64,000 bases of DNA. It comes from Candidatus Woesearchaeota archaeon. Its GTDB lineage: Archaea; Nanobdellota; Nanobdellia; Pacearchaeales; GW2011-AR1. Shown here piece after piece: positions 49,587 through 58,896 of the stretch. The stretch's first letter is position 1. Each line of letters begins with the position of its first letter. The notes beneath the pieces were generated by a model. It did no database searches and had not been told where the DNA came from. It was given only the letters and a program-made list of their open reading frames with translations. The stretch spans positions 371,560 through 435,559 of the forward strand of contig CAZTFL010000001.1 in NCBI GenBank assembly GCA_964612895.1. The letters are read 5' to 3'. The position numbers were made by a program, and so were the translations under genes.

Positions 49587-50711
49587 ATGAATAAAGCAGA
49601 AATTTTACCATATTTATTTGATGCTTCTAATGTACTTGGAAATGCGAAAAATGTATTTAAACCAAAAACAATTGAAGAAATTAAAAATATTGTAAAAAAC
49701 AATGAATCTATTTGCATTAGAGGAGGAGGAACTGGACTTGCTGGTGGAGCTGTTCCAAATGGAGATGTTGTTCTTGATATCTCAAAATTAAATCATATTG
49801 GAAGTTTTGATGAAAAAAGAAAAATAATTGAAGTTGAAGCTGGTGTAATATTAGATGATTTACAAGATTTTTTAGAAAAATATAATTTAGAATTTCCCGT
49901 TAGACCTTCAAGTCATAGTGTTTGTACTATTGGAGGAATGATAGCAACTGATGCTGTTGGAAGTAGAGCTATAAAATATGGAAGAACTTCAAAATGGATT
50001 AGATGGATTGATATTGTTAACTCAAAAGGAATCATTGAGAGAAAAGGCATGACGGAAATCTCAGATTTTGCTGGGATGGAAGGAATTACAGGTATAATAG
50101 TTAAAGCTTGTTTAAATCTAAATAACATAATACAGCGAAGTGTCGATATTGTTTCTATGGATTCTGTTGATGAAATATGTGAGTTTGTAAAAATTTTAAA
50201 AAAGAAAAACGACATTTCTATGATTGAAATCATCAATCCTTTTGTCTCCAGGGGAATAGGATTAGATGAAAAATATAATTTAATTGTAGAATTTGAAGAT
50301 AATAACAAAGGACACTTATTTGGAAAGAAATATTTTGAATTAATGCAAAAAAGAGACGATATTTATCCATTTTTAGCAGGACAGGAATTTTATAGAATAG
50401 AGGACCCAAAAATTACAAATGATAAAATAGTTATGTTATTAAAATGGTTAGATAAAAATAAAATACCATACTTCGGACATATATCAGTTGGTATAATACA
50501 TCCGTGCTTTAGTAACAAAGATTTACACCTAATTCCTAATATGATGAATATGGTAAAAAGAATTGGTGGACATGTTACAGGAGAACATGGAATTGGAATA
50601 TTAAAAAAAGATTTTGTAGATATTCAAGATAAAAAAATATTATTAAACATAAAAAAACGATTAGATAAAAAGAATAAATTTAATCCTGGTAAAATTATTG
50701 ATTTAGAATAA
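49587..50711 (+). CDS. FAD-linked oxidase (GlcD / D-lactate dehydrogenase-like)
   Basis: FAD_binding_4 region IRGGGTGLAGGAVP...PSSHSVCTIGGMIATDAVGSRAIKYGRT; C-terminal VTGEHGIGILKKDF. Confidence 0.7.
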   Translation: MNKAEILPYLFDASNVLGNAKNVFKPKTIEEIKNIVKNNESICIRGGGTGLAGGAVPNGDVVLDISKLNHIGSFDEKRKIIEVEAGVILDDLQDFLEKYNLEFPVRPSSHSVCTIGGMIATDAVGSRAIKYGRTSKWIRWIDIVNSKGIIERKGMTEISDFAGMEGITGIIVKACLNLNNIIQRSVDIVSMDSVDEICEFVKILKKKNDISMIEIINPFVSRGIGLDEKYNLIVEFEDNNKGHLFGKKYFELMQKRDDIYPFLAGQEFYRIEDPKITNDKIVMLLKWLDKNKIPYFGHISVGIIHPCFSNKDLHLIPNMMNMVKRIGGHVTGEHGIGILKKDFVDIQDKKILLNIKKRLDKKNKFNPGKIIDLE

Positions 50712-50736
50712 TATTATAAAAAATCATTTTATATTT

Positions 50737-50955
50737 ATGAAAATAGAGGTTAATGTAAAAACTAATTGTAAAGATAACAAGATTGAAATAATTAGTGAAA
50801 ATAAATTAAAGGTTTTTTTAAAAAATTTACCGATAGATAATAAGGCTAATAAAGAATTAATTAAAATTTTAAAAAAATACTATAAATGTGATGTAGATTT
50901 ATTAAGGGGATTCTCTTCTAAAAAGAAAATTGTCGAAATTAAAAATGGGAATTAA
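50737..50955 (+). CDS. DUF167/YggU-family small protein
   Basis: IEVNVKTNCKDNKIEII...LKVFLKNLPIDNKANKELIKILKKYY...KKKIVEIKN matches the DUF167 pattern (PvdGkAN). Confidence 0.5.
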   Translation: MKIEVNVKTNCKDNKIEIISENKLKVFLKNLPIDNKANKELIKILKKYYKCDVDLLRGFSSKKKIVEIKNGN

Positions 50956-51364
50956 ATATATTTATGCTGATGATGTTAAAGATAGAGCTGAGGATATAAT
51001 AAAAATTTTAGATTTGAAATATATAGATTTAGATAATCTTGCATTTATTAGAAGTTTTGGGTCCTCTTCAAAATATACAATAGCAAGATGTCATGCTTTA
51101 GGAAAAGCAATGCAAATAGGGATGAAAAGAAAAACTTCATTTTATTTAATTGAAGTTCTTTATGAAAAATTTGATAAATTAAATGAAGAGGGAAAAATAA
51201 AAGTTATTATACATGAATTGATGCATATTCCAAAAACTTTTGGTGGTGGATTTATTCAACATGATAAAGTAAATGAAAAAAATGTTAATATTTTATATAA
51301 AAAGTATTTTGATTCAAAATATAATAAAATTTTTATTGACGATAGAATGTTAAAAACAAAATAA
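50930..51364 (+). CDS. Putative HExxH zinc metallopeptidase (SprT/YgjP-like)
   Basis: VIIHELMHIPKTFGGGF; overlaps the previous gene, so the true start may be M6. Confidence 0.4.
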   Translation: MSKLKMGIKYIYADDVKDRAEDIIKILDLKYIDLDNLAFIRSFGSSSKYTIARCHALGKAMQIGMKRKTSFYLIEVLYEKFDKLNEEGKIKVIIHELMHIPKTFGGGFIQHDKVNEKNVNILYKKYFDSKYNKIFIDDRMLKTK

Positions 51365-51684
51365 TGGTATTAAAAAAATTTTCATATATAGACAATGGAA
51401 AAATAAAAATAATTTTATTAAAAAAAGTTCCCGCTTTCTCTACTGGATTAATGTTTAAAAGAAAAAGTCCTCCGATATTATTTAAATTAAAAAACAATCA
51501 AAAGATTTCTTTTACTTCTATATTTTGTAGGAATTTTTATATGATTATCCTCGATGAAAACAGATGTGTTGTTGATAAGATATTTTTTAATAAATGGAGA
51601 ATGAAAGTAAATTGTTATGGAAAATATTTTATTGAAAGTTTGAATAAAATCGACGGTAAATCGTCGATATATAGAAACATTTAA
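51364..51684 (+). CDS. DUF192-like protein
   Basis: AFSTGLMFKRKSPPILF...YMIILDENRCVVDKIFF resembles the DUF192 GLMfr...LDiiF pattern. Confidence 0.4.
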   Translation: MVLKKFSYIDNGKIKIILLKKVPAFSTGLMFKRKSPPILFKLKNNQKISFTSIFCRNFYMIILDENRCVVDKIFFNKWRMKVNCYGKYFIESLNKIDGKSSIYRNI

Positions 51685-51742
51685 ATATAACAATTCATTT
51701 TCTATTGTGTTATAATATATAACTAAAAAGGAGGTTGATGAT

Positions 51743-51934
51743 ATGGGAAAGATTATTGCTAAAGGCGTTGTGGAACGAAAGCCTGGACATTTATATTATG
51801 TAGATGCTCAAGGTAACGTTTGTGAAGCTATGATGGCAAGAGGCGGAAAGAAGAAGAAAGCTACAGCAAAAAAAACTGTTGCTAAGAAGAAACCTGTTGC
51901 TAAAAAGAAACCAGTAGCTAAGAAAAAGAAATAA
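51743..51934 (+). CDS. 63-aa small basic protein with a Lys/Ala/Pro-rich tail (nucleic-acid-binding-like); strong SD
   Basis: AAAGGAGGTTGATGAT-ATG; MGKIIAKGVVERKPGHLYYVDAQGNVCEAMMARGGKKKKATAKKTVAKKKPVAKKKPVAKKKK. Confidence 0.5.
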   Translation: MGKIIAKGVVERKPGHLYYVDAQGNVCEAMMARGGKKKKATAKKTVAKKKPVAKKKPVAKKKK

Positions 51935-51959
51935 ACTTTTATTAAATTTCATATTCAAT

Positions 51960-52005
51960 GAACTCCATTATTTAGGGAGAAAATGGGGTTCATTATTTTT
52001 TTATT
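51960..52005. terminator. Bidirectional intrinsic-terminator-like hairpin (10-bp stem) followed by a T-tract, between the small basic gene and the convergent iscU
   Basis: GAACUCCAUU-auuuagggagaa-AAUGGGGUUC then AUUAUUUUUUUAUU. Confidence 0.5.
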
Positions 52006-52012
52006 AATTTTA

Positions 52013-52390
52013 TTACTTATTTTTATTATAATTATCTATTGCTTTTTTGAGAGCATCGGCCGCCAGATTAGAACAATGAATTTTTATGCTTGGTAATCCA
52101 CCTAATTCTTTTAATACATCTTCATTAGTTATTTCATAAGCCTCTTTAATATTTTTATTTATAGCCATTTGGGTTAACATTGAAGATGATGCTATTGCCG
52201 CAGCACATCCAAATGTTTGAAATTTTATGTCGATAATTTTATCTTCTTTAACTTTTATCATTATTTTTAAAATATCTCCACATCTTACATTCCCGACTAG
52301 CCCGATACCATTAGCATCCTTTATTTCTCCCATATTCTTTGGATTTAAGAAATTTTCTTTAACATTATCATTATAATCTGTATTATTCAT
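52013..52390 (-). CDS. iscU: Fe-S cluster scaffold IscU/NifU
   Basis: NVRCGDILKI...QTFGCAAAIASSSM...IHCSNLAADAL IscU Cys/His ligands. Confidence 0.85.
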   Translation of the reverse strand: MNNTDYNDNVKENFLNPKNMGEIKDANGIGLVGNVRCGDILKIMIKVKEDKIIDIKFQTFGCAAAIASSSMLTQMAINKNIKEAYEITNEDVLKELGGLPSIKIHCSNLAADALKKAIDNYNKNK

Positions 52391-52589
52391 TTTTATTTTT
52401 GTTTAATTTTTTTAAAATTTTTTCAACATCTACCCCATGAGCTATACATCCATCCTCTAATGTTTCTAATTGCGCCATTGGACATCCACCACAAAACAAA
52501 CCTTCTTGCATTAATACAAATCCAGCTTCTTGATTTAAAGAAAAAATCTCTGCAAATGTCATTTTTTTTGTTATTTTTTTAATTTTCAT
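52383..52589 (-). CDS. DUF1858 redox-disulfide small protein (hybrid-cluster-protein-associated type)
   Basis: MTFAEIFSLNQEAGFVLMQEGLFCGGCPMAQLETLEDGCIAHGVDVEKILKKLN; overlaps iscS and iscU. Confidence 0.55.
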   Translation of the reverse strand: MKIKKITKKMTFAEIFSLNQEAGFVLMQEGLFCGGCPMAQLETLEDGCIAHGVDVEKILKKLNKNKNE

Positions 52590-53724
52590 CTTCTATCTTA
52601 AATGGACTCATTTCTCTTAATTTATTTACTGATTTTTTTAAAACTTCAATTAAAATATCTGCCTTTTTTTCGTCCATTTCTTTGTCTAATGTTATTCTTA
52701 TAGTTCCATGAATATACATTGGGTCTACATTTATTGCTTTTAATACATGACTTTCCTCAAGACTATGAGAAGAACATGCTGAGCCAGTAGAAACACAAAT
52801 ACCTTCTTTATCTAATAATAACATTAATCCTTCTCCCTCTATTCCATAAAATGACACGCTTATATTATTATATATTCTTTTTTCAATGGAACCATTTATT
52901 TTTATTTTTTTAATTTCTTTTAATCTATTAATTATATAATTTCTAATTCTTTGAACTTTTTCTTTTTCTATATCCAAATCTAACGCTTTAGCCAACGCTA
53001 CTATTCCTAATATATTTTCCGTCCCTGCCCTTAATTTAAATTCTTGTTCTCCTCCATCAATAAATCTTTTTATTCTTGTTCCTAATTTTATATATAAAAA
53101 TCCTATTCCTTTTGGTGCATTAATTTTATGTCCAGAAATACTTAATAAATCTATATTATATTTTTTCACATCTATATCTATCTTTTTAAAAGCTTGAACA
53201 GCATCAGTGTGAAAATAAACATTATTTCTTTTACAAATTTGACTTATTTCTTCTATTGGTTGAATTGTGCCTATTTCGTTATTAACGAACATTATACTCA
53301 CAACAAGTGTATCTTTTCTTATCTTATTTTTTAAATCTTCCATATCTATTATTCCTTCTTCGTTTACTTTAATATAATCAATTTTATATCCTTGTTTTTC
53401 TAATGATTTACAAACATTTATGATTGATGGATGTTCTATTTGTGAAGTTATTATATGTTTTTTTTCTGGATTTGCTAATGCTAAACCTTTTATCGCAAAA
53501 TTATTACTTTCAGTTGCTCCACTTGTAAAAATAATTTCTTCTTTTTCACAATTTATATATTTTGCAATTTTTTCTCTACATTCTTCTATTCTATTTCTGA
53601 CATCTAATCCACTTTGATATAAACTTGAAGGATTTGCAAAATATTTTTTCGAGAATTTAACCATTTCATCTAATACTAAATCATCTATCTTTGTCGTAGA
53701 AGAATTATCTAGATACATTTCCAT
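52579..53724 (-). CDS. iscS: Cysteine desulfurase IscS/NifS (class V aminotransferase)
   Basis: SGHKINAPKGIGFLY PLP-Lys motif; C-terminal STGSACSS catalytic Cys loop. Confidence 0.9.
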   Translation of the reverse strand: MEMYLDNSSTTKIDDLVLDEMVKFSKKYFANPSSLYQSGLDVRNRIEECREKIAKYINCEKEEIIFTSGATESNNFAIKGLALANPEKKHIITSQIEHPSIINVCKSLEKQGYKIDYIKVNEEGIIDMEDLKNKIRKDTLVVSIMFVNNEIGTIQPIEEISQICKRNNVYFHTDAVQAFKKIDIDVKKYNIDLLSISGHKINAPKGIGFLYIKLGTRIKRFIDGGEQEFKLRAGTENILGIVALAKALDLDIEKEKVQRIRNYIINRLKEIKKIKINGSIEKRIYNNISVSFYGIEGEGLMLLLDKEGICVSTGSACSSHSLEESHVLKAINVDPMYIHGTIRITLDKEMDEKKADILIEVLKKSVNKLREMSPFKIEDEN

Positions 53725-54029
53725 TATTTAACTCCACAATTACATTTACCATTACAATATATCTGAGCATGCTTATCTATTATTTTTAAAATGGGAATTA
53801 TTGTTTTTTTGTTTAGAGAATATATTCTATTTTTACCAACTTGTTTAGAAATTACTATATTACAACATTTTAAATATTGGAGCGCATGAGATATTTTGCT
53901 CTGTTCTATTTTTAAAGAATTTGATATTTCGTTAACACTTCTTGGATAATCTTTTAAGATATTTATTATATCCATTCTTAATTCATTTGATAAATTACTA
54001 AAAAATCTATAATATGTACTTTTACTCAT
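53724..54029 (-). CDS. ArsR-family HTH regulator with a C-terminal Cys cluster (possible Fe-S sensing regulator of the isc operon)
   Basis: RSVNEISNSLKIEQSKISHALQYL helix-turn-helix; C-terminal CNGKCNCG. Confidence 0.6.
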   Translation of the reverse strand: MSKSTYYRFFSNLSNELRMDIINILKDYPRSVNEISNSLKIEQSKISHALQYLKCCNIVISKQVGKNRIYSLNKKTIIPILKIIDKHAQIYCNGKCNCGVK

Positions 54030-54063
54030 ATGTAAAATATTTCATATTTATATTTAAATCTTT

Positions 54064-54225
54064 CTATTCACTTATTGCGCTAACTGGACATGCATTAATT
54101 GCATCTGAAGAACAAGGTACATTCTTTTTAACATTCGCTTTTCTATTTTTTAATTCAAATCCTTCTGGGCAAACAGCCACACATGCTCCACATCCAATAC
54201 ACTTATTTTTGTCTATTTTTATCAT
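54064..54225 (-). CDS. Small [4Fe-4S] ferredoxin (53 aa), first gene of the isc operon
   Basis: Manual translation MIKIDKNKCIGCGACVAVCPEGFEL...CSSDAINACPVSAISE; the six-frame track showed only the opposite-strand ORF. Confidence 0.6.
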   Translation of the reverse strand: MIKIDKNKCIGCGACVAVCPEGFELKNRKANVKKNVPCSSDAINACPVSAISE

Positions 54226-54275
54226 TTGTATTTTAAATTAATAAGATTTATAAAGTTTGTTTTTTTTTCTATTGT

Positions 54276-54824
54276 ATGATAATTATTTGGATTTTGTTAA
54301 TTGTATTTTCATTAATTTTGATTAGTTTTGGGTATCATAATCGTTTTGTTGTGTTAAAACAGAGAATTGATAATTCACAATCTCAAATAAATGTGCAAAT
54401 GAAGAAAAGAGCTGATTTGATTCCTAATCTTGTTAGTATTGTTAAAGGTTATGCTAAACACGAACGAACTGTTTTTAATGAAGTAACTAAGGCAAGAACA
54501 GAATTTATGAGTGCTAAAAATTTTGAATCAAAGATTAAAGCTAATTCTAATTTACAAAATGCATTAAAAGGAGTTTTTGCTGTAGCAGAAAATTATCCTG
54601 AACTTAAGGCAAGTTCTAATTTTTTACAATTGCAACAAGAAACATCTTCTATTGAAGATAAAATTGCGTATGCTAGACAATATTATAATGATTCTATTAT
54701 GAATTACAATAATACTGTAAAAATCATACCTGGGAAATGGTTTGCTAGTTTATTTCATTTTAAAGAGATAAAATATTTGACTATTCCTGAAGAAGAAAAA
54801 ATAGTCCCTAATATTAAATTTTAA
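54276..54824 (+). CDS. lemA: LemA family membrane protein
   Basis: N-terminal TM; NRFVVLKQRIDNSQSQINVQMKKRADLIPNLV LemA signature. Confidence 0.8.
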   Translation: MIIIWILLIVFSLILISFGYHNRFVVLKQRIDNSQSQINVQMKKRADLIPNLVSIVKGYAKHERTVFNEVTKARTEFMSAKNFESKIKANSNLQNALKGVFAVAENYPELKASSNFLQLQQETSSIEDKIAYARQYYNDSIMNYNNTVKIIPGKWFASLFHFKEIKYLTIPEEEKIVPNIKF

Positions 54825-54835
54825 TTTAAAATTTT

Positions 54836-55720
54836 ATGAAGAGAATTTCGTTTTATGATGAAATAAAGAAGAATAAAATATCTTCGTTTTTATTAATTCT
54901 TACTTCAATTATTATTTTATTAGGATTAGTTTTCATTATTGCACTTTCTGTCTCAGATGAATATTTCTTTAGTGTTATAATTCTGGGAAGTATTTTTTCT
55001 TTTTTTTATATACTTATTTCTATAACACAATCTACTGAAATTATACTTAAATCAGTTAATGCTAAACCTGCGAATTCTAAGGATTTTAAAGAATTACATT
55101 CTGTTGTTGAAGGATTATGTATTGCTTCTGGAATAAAGAAACCTAAATTATATTTTATTGAAGATGCCCAAATAAATGCATTTGCAAGTGGGAAAAATCC
55201 TGAGAAATCTATTATTTGTATAACTACTGGTGCTTTACAAAAACTAAATAAACAAGAATTGGAGGGTGTTATTTCTCACGAGATGAGTCATATCGCCAAT
55301 TATGATATTCGTTTTATGACTTTAGTTGCTGTTATAGTTGGATTAATATCTATAATTTCTCAAATATTTTTAAGAAGTTTATGGATAAATTCTTCAAATA
55401 ATGACTCTAAAAATAAAAATCCATTCATTCTTTTATTTGCTATTGCACTAGCTATACTCTCTCCTTTATTAGTAACAATTGTCCAATTTGCAATTTCTCG
55501 AAAAAGAGAATTTCTAGCAGACTCTTCTGCTGTTAAATTCACAAGAAGTCCTACAGGATTAATTGAAGCATTAAAAAAAATAAAACATGATAAATCTGGA
55601 GAAATTAAAATACCAGAAGCAATCGCTCCATTATTTTTAACCAAACCAAAAAAAAGTCGTGAATTATTTCAAACACATCCTCCAATAGAAAAAAGAATAG
55701 AATTATTGGAAAAAATGTAA
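54836..55720 (+). CDS. htpX: HtpX-like M48 zinc protease
   Basis: HEMSHIANYD HExxH in a TM context, four TM helices, the lemA-htpX conserved pair. Confidence 0.85.
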   Translation: MKRISFYDEIKKNKISSFLLILTSIIILLGLVFIIALSVSDEYFFSVIILGSIFSFFYILISITQSTEIILKSVNAKPANSKDFKELHSVVEGLCIASGIKKPKLYFIEDAQINAFASGKNPEKSIICITTGALQKLNKQELEGVISHEMSHIANYDIRFMTLVAVIVGLISIISQIFLRSLWINSSNNDSKNKNPFILLFAIALAILSPLLVTIVQFAISRKREFLADSSAVKFTRSPTGLIEALKKIKHDKSGEIKIPEAIAPLFLTKPKKSRELFQTHPPIEKRIELLEKM

Positions 55721-55923
55721 TTTTTAAGAAATTCTGATATTTTACTATGGGGTTACTACATATTGTTGAAATTAATAAGTTAAAATAAATCTTATTAAAC
55801 AAGTATTCACCTTTGACTTATACTAGTAATTTGTATCTACTATTAGTGGACGATTTTATTAGAAAAAGCTTATAAGTAATGTATCATTACAACATATATA
55901 ATAAATAATATATAATAAATAAG

Positions 55924-56190
55924 ATGGAAAAAAATTTCGATTTGTTTTTTAGAAGAAAGCCAGCAATGATGTTAATTGCTTTAAAAAAAGTTAGTCGTGC
56001 TAAATATGGTTCCCAATTGGCAAAAGAAGTTGATTGTACATATTCTCATGCTGTAAAAATCCTTCAGACATTAGAAGAATTAGGACTTGTTTCTTTCGAA
56101 AAGAAAGGTAGAATAAAAATTATTAAGTTAACAAAAAAAGGTACTGATGTTGCAACACATATTGAAGCTGTTCAAAGTTTAGTTGATTAA
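55924..56190 (+). CDS. Small winged-helix DNA-binding protein
   Basis: YGSQLAKEVDCTYSHAVKILQTLEELGLVSFEKKGR helix-turn-helix plus wing. Confidence 0.4.
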   Translation: MEKNFDLFFRRKPAMMLIALKKVSRAKYGSQLAKEVDCTYSHAVKILQTLEELGLVSFEKKGRIKIIKLTKKGTDVATHIEAVQSLVD

Positions 56191-56248
56191 TTTTTTATTT
56201 ATAACGGTAGAATAGTATTACATTTAATTTTTTACTTCTAATAAAAAC

Positions 56249-56322
56249 TGACCTCGACGGGATTTGAACCCGCGACACCTAGGTTAAGAGCCTAGTGCTC
56301 TACCGAACTGAGCTACGAGGTC
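56249..56322 (-). tRNA. tRNA-Lys (CUU)
   Basis: The reverse complement GACCUCG...CUAGG-CUCUUAA-CCUAG...GCGGGUUCAAAUCCCGU CGAGGUC A folds as a cloverleaf. Confidence 0.85.
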
Positions 56323-56495
56323 ATTAAATCTATAACTAATTTCTGTTTAAAAAAGTTTTGATAGTGAGCTACCCACGCCGCGTTGTGAGTAGCCCTATCA
56401 TTGCAGCCAAATGCAATGACTATGATATTTCTAAAATAATTTCATTTTATTTAAACTTATGTAAAATATTTAAAATCTATTTAATAATAAAATTT

Positions 56496-57104
56496 ATGAT
56501 TTCACAAATGCCTCTTCTTCAATTAAGGCAAATAAAAAAATACAATACAAAAAACATTCGTTTAGCTGGAGAAGATTGGGATGAAGAATGGAAAACGCTT
56601 ATAGCCATAATGATGTCTGCTCAAACAAGAGATGCTACAACTATAAAAATTTGTAATATTCTTTTTGACAAATATAAAACCTTAAAAGATTTATCTTTAG
56701 CTAATATAAAAGAAATAGAAAAAGAAATAAATTCTATTAATTATTTTAAAACTAAAGCGAGACACATCTTAGAAACTTCTAAAATAATATTAAATAATGG
56801 AATCCCAGATAATATAGATGAATTGGTAAAACTCCCTGGGGTTGGGAGAAAGACAGCAAATGTTTTTTTATCTGAAACGGGAAAAACTCCTGCTATTGGT
56901 GTTGATACTCATGTCTATAGAATTTCACATAAATTAGGTTGGTCCAATTCAAAATCTATTAAAAAAACTGAACTTGATTTAAAAAAACTGTTCCCAAAAA
57001 GATATTGGAATGATATCAATAATACTTTAGTAAAATTTGGGCAAACACATAATCCAAAAGAAGAAAATTATATACTTTCAAAAATACAAAATATTAAAAT
57101 ATAA
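56496..57104 (+). CDS. nth: Endonuclease III (Nth, HhH-GPD). The ATG at 56496 is preferred; the six-frame ORF begins at TTG 56358.
   Basis: LIAIMMSAQTRD, LVKLPGVGRKTANVFL HhH-GPD motifs. The upstream 46 codons are low-complexity and cover a GC-rich structured element. Confidence 0.8.
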   Translation: MISQMPLLQLRQIKKYNTKNIRLAGEDWDEEWKTLIAIMMSAQTRDATTIKICNILFDKYKTLKDLSLANIKEIEKEINSINYFKTKARHILETSKIILNNGIPDNIDELVKLPGVGRKTANVFLSETGKTPAIGVDTHVYRISHKLGWSNSKSIKKTELDLKKLFPKRYWNDINNTLVKFGQTHNPKEENYILSKIQNIKI

Positions 57105-57122
57105 TTGAAATATTAATAATAT

Positions 57123-57677
57123 ATGAGAAATTTGATTTTATGGGATTTTGATAATACACTTGTAAAAACTAATGATTTGTATTTTGAACAGTTTTTTATC
57201 AAAAATATTTTTCATGATTTGTCAAAAAATAAACTAAAACAAATGTTTTTACCAATGATAGAATGGATAACTAGTTCTGAAATATTAAAATATGTAACTC
57301 CTGAAGATGACTCAATCAAAACTCTAGAAGAATTATCTAATTATTTTAAACAAGAATGTTTAACAGCAAGACCTTTAAGACACTCTTCAATTGTACAAGA
57401 AATTACTAAAAAACATTTTTCTCCTTTCATAGACAATATTCATTATCTTGATTCTTTTGGATCAAAAGTAGAATATGCATATAATAAACTTAATGCTTTT
57501 GTGTTGATTGATGATACAATTAGCAATTTTAATGGTATTGAATGTGTTAATCGCCCAGGAATACTTTTTGATAAAGAAAATAGATATCGTCATAAAAAAA
57601 TAGATAGTAATATTACGAAAGTTTCAAAACTTATTTATATTCCTGAAATTATTTATAATTATTCTTATAAAACATAA
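57123..57677 (+). CDS. HAD-superfamily hydrolase (5'(3')-deoxyribonucleotidase-like)
   Basis: ILWDFDNTLV (DxDxT motif I), VLIDDT motif IV-like. Confidence 0.5.
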   Translation: MRNLILWDFDNTLVKTNDLYFEQFFIKNIFHDLSKNKLKQMFLPMIEWITSSEILKYVTPEDDSIKTLEELSNYFKQECLTARPLRHSSIVQEITKKHFSPFIDNIHYLDSFGSKVEYAYNKLNAFVLIDDTISNFNGIECVNRPGILFDKENRYRHKKIDSNITKVSKLIYIPEIIYNYSYKT

Positions 57678-57774
57678 ATTCCCGTCTATGTTAAAAAATA
57701 TATCATTAAAAATACAAGAGCTTTTAAAGAATGATTACTCACTAATTATAAAATATTGAAAGGAGGTAAAAAAT

Positions 57775-58863
57775 ATGCCATTAGATTTTGCAAAAGAAGC
57801 TATAGAAAATGCTGATATAAATAGTATTAATTTTAGCGAACTTAGAGCTGGAAAAGCAAACATCAAAGTTTTTGGTTGTGGTGGCTGTGGTTGTAATATG
57901 GCAACATGGCTTTTCAACAAAGGTATTAATGGAGCAACTGTTTATGGATTAAATACAGACGCTTTACATTTATCTATAACAAAAACTGATGAAAAGATTC
58001 TTATTGGTAAAGAACTTACAAGAGGTTTAGGTTGTGGTGGATATCCAAAGAGGGGTAAAGAAGCAGCTAAAGAGTCTCTTTCTGACCTTAAAAAAGCCGT
58101 AGCGAATTCGGATATGGTTTTTGTTTTGGCTGGAATGGGAGGAGGTACTGGGACAGGCGCTGTTCCTGTTGTTGCTCAACTTGCTAAGGAATCTGGAGCG
58201 GTTGTAATTGCCGTTGTAACAATGCCTTTTGAAGCAGAAAAAGCAAGAATAGACAAAGCTGAATTTGGATTACAAGAATTAAGAGAAACTGTAGATACAG
58301 TTATTGTTCTTGATAATAATAGACTTGTAGATATTGCTGGTCAGTTACCAATGGAACAAGCTTTTGCTGTAGCTAACGAACTTGTATCTACTATGATAAA
58401 AGGAATTGTTGAAACTATAACATTACCATCATTAATTAATCTTGATTATGCTGATGTTTCTTCAATTATGAAAAATGGAGACGTTGCTGTTATCGGAATA
58501 GGAGAAGATAATTCTAATTCTAAAGTTGATGCAGCTGTTCAACAGGCGTTAACTCATCCATTATTGGATGTTGATTACAGAGGCGCTACTGGTGCTTTAA
58601 TCCACGTAACTTGTGGACCTGATTTGAAATTAGAAGAATTTGACACAATTGGTCGTTTGGTTACTGAAAATTTAAGTCCTGAAGCTCAGGTTATAATTGG
58701 AGCTAGAGTTAATAAGGAATTCCAAGGGAGAGTTAGGGTTATTACTATAATGACAGGGGTTAAATCTCCTTACATATTAGGTAAAAACCAATCTAGTCAT
58801 CAATTTGATGATGATAAGAGAATTTCTGTAAACGATTTAGGATTAGATGACTTAAGTTATTAA
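57775..58863 (+). CDS. ftsZ: Cell division GTPase FtsZ
   Basis: LAGMGGGTGTGAVPVVAQ tubulin signature; AAAGGAGGT SD 8 nt upstream. Confidence 0.9.
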   Translation: MPLDFAKEAIENADINSINFSELRAGKANIKVFGCGGCGCNMATWLFNKGINGATVYGLNTDALHLSITKTDEKILIGKELTRGLGCGGYPKRGKEAAKESLSDLKKAVANSDMVFVLAGMGGGTGTGAVPVVAQLAKESGAVVIAVVTMPFEAEKARIDKAEFGLQELRETVDTVIVLDNNRLVDIAGQLPMEQAFAVANELVSTMIKGIVETITLPSLINLDYADVSSIMKNGDVAVIGIGEDNSNSKVDAAVQQALTHPLLDVDYRGATGALIHVTCGPDLKLEEFDTIGRLVTENLSPEAQVIIGARVNKEFQGRVRVITIMTGVKSPYILGKNQSSHQFDDDKRISVNDLGLDDLSY

Positions 58864-58896
58864 GAAAAAAACTTTATTTTTTTATTTTTTTTATTT

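Noticed and set aside
54014-54241. 75-aa + strand ORF
   Set aside because: The opposite strand encodes a clean 53-aa 4Fe-4S ferredoxin (CIGCGACVAVCP); the + ORF is its antisense shadow.
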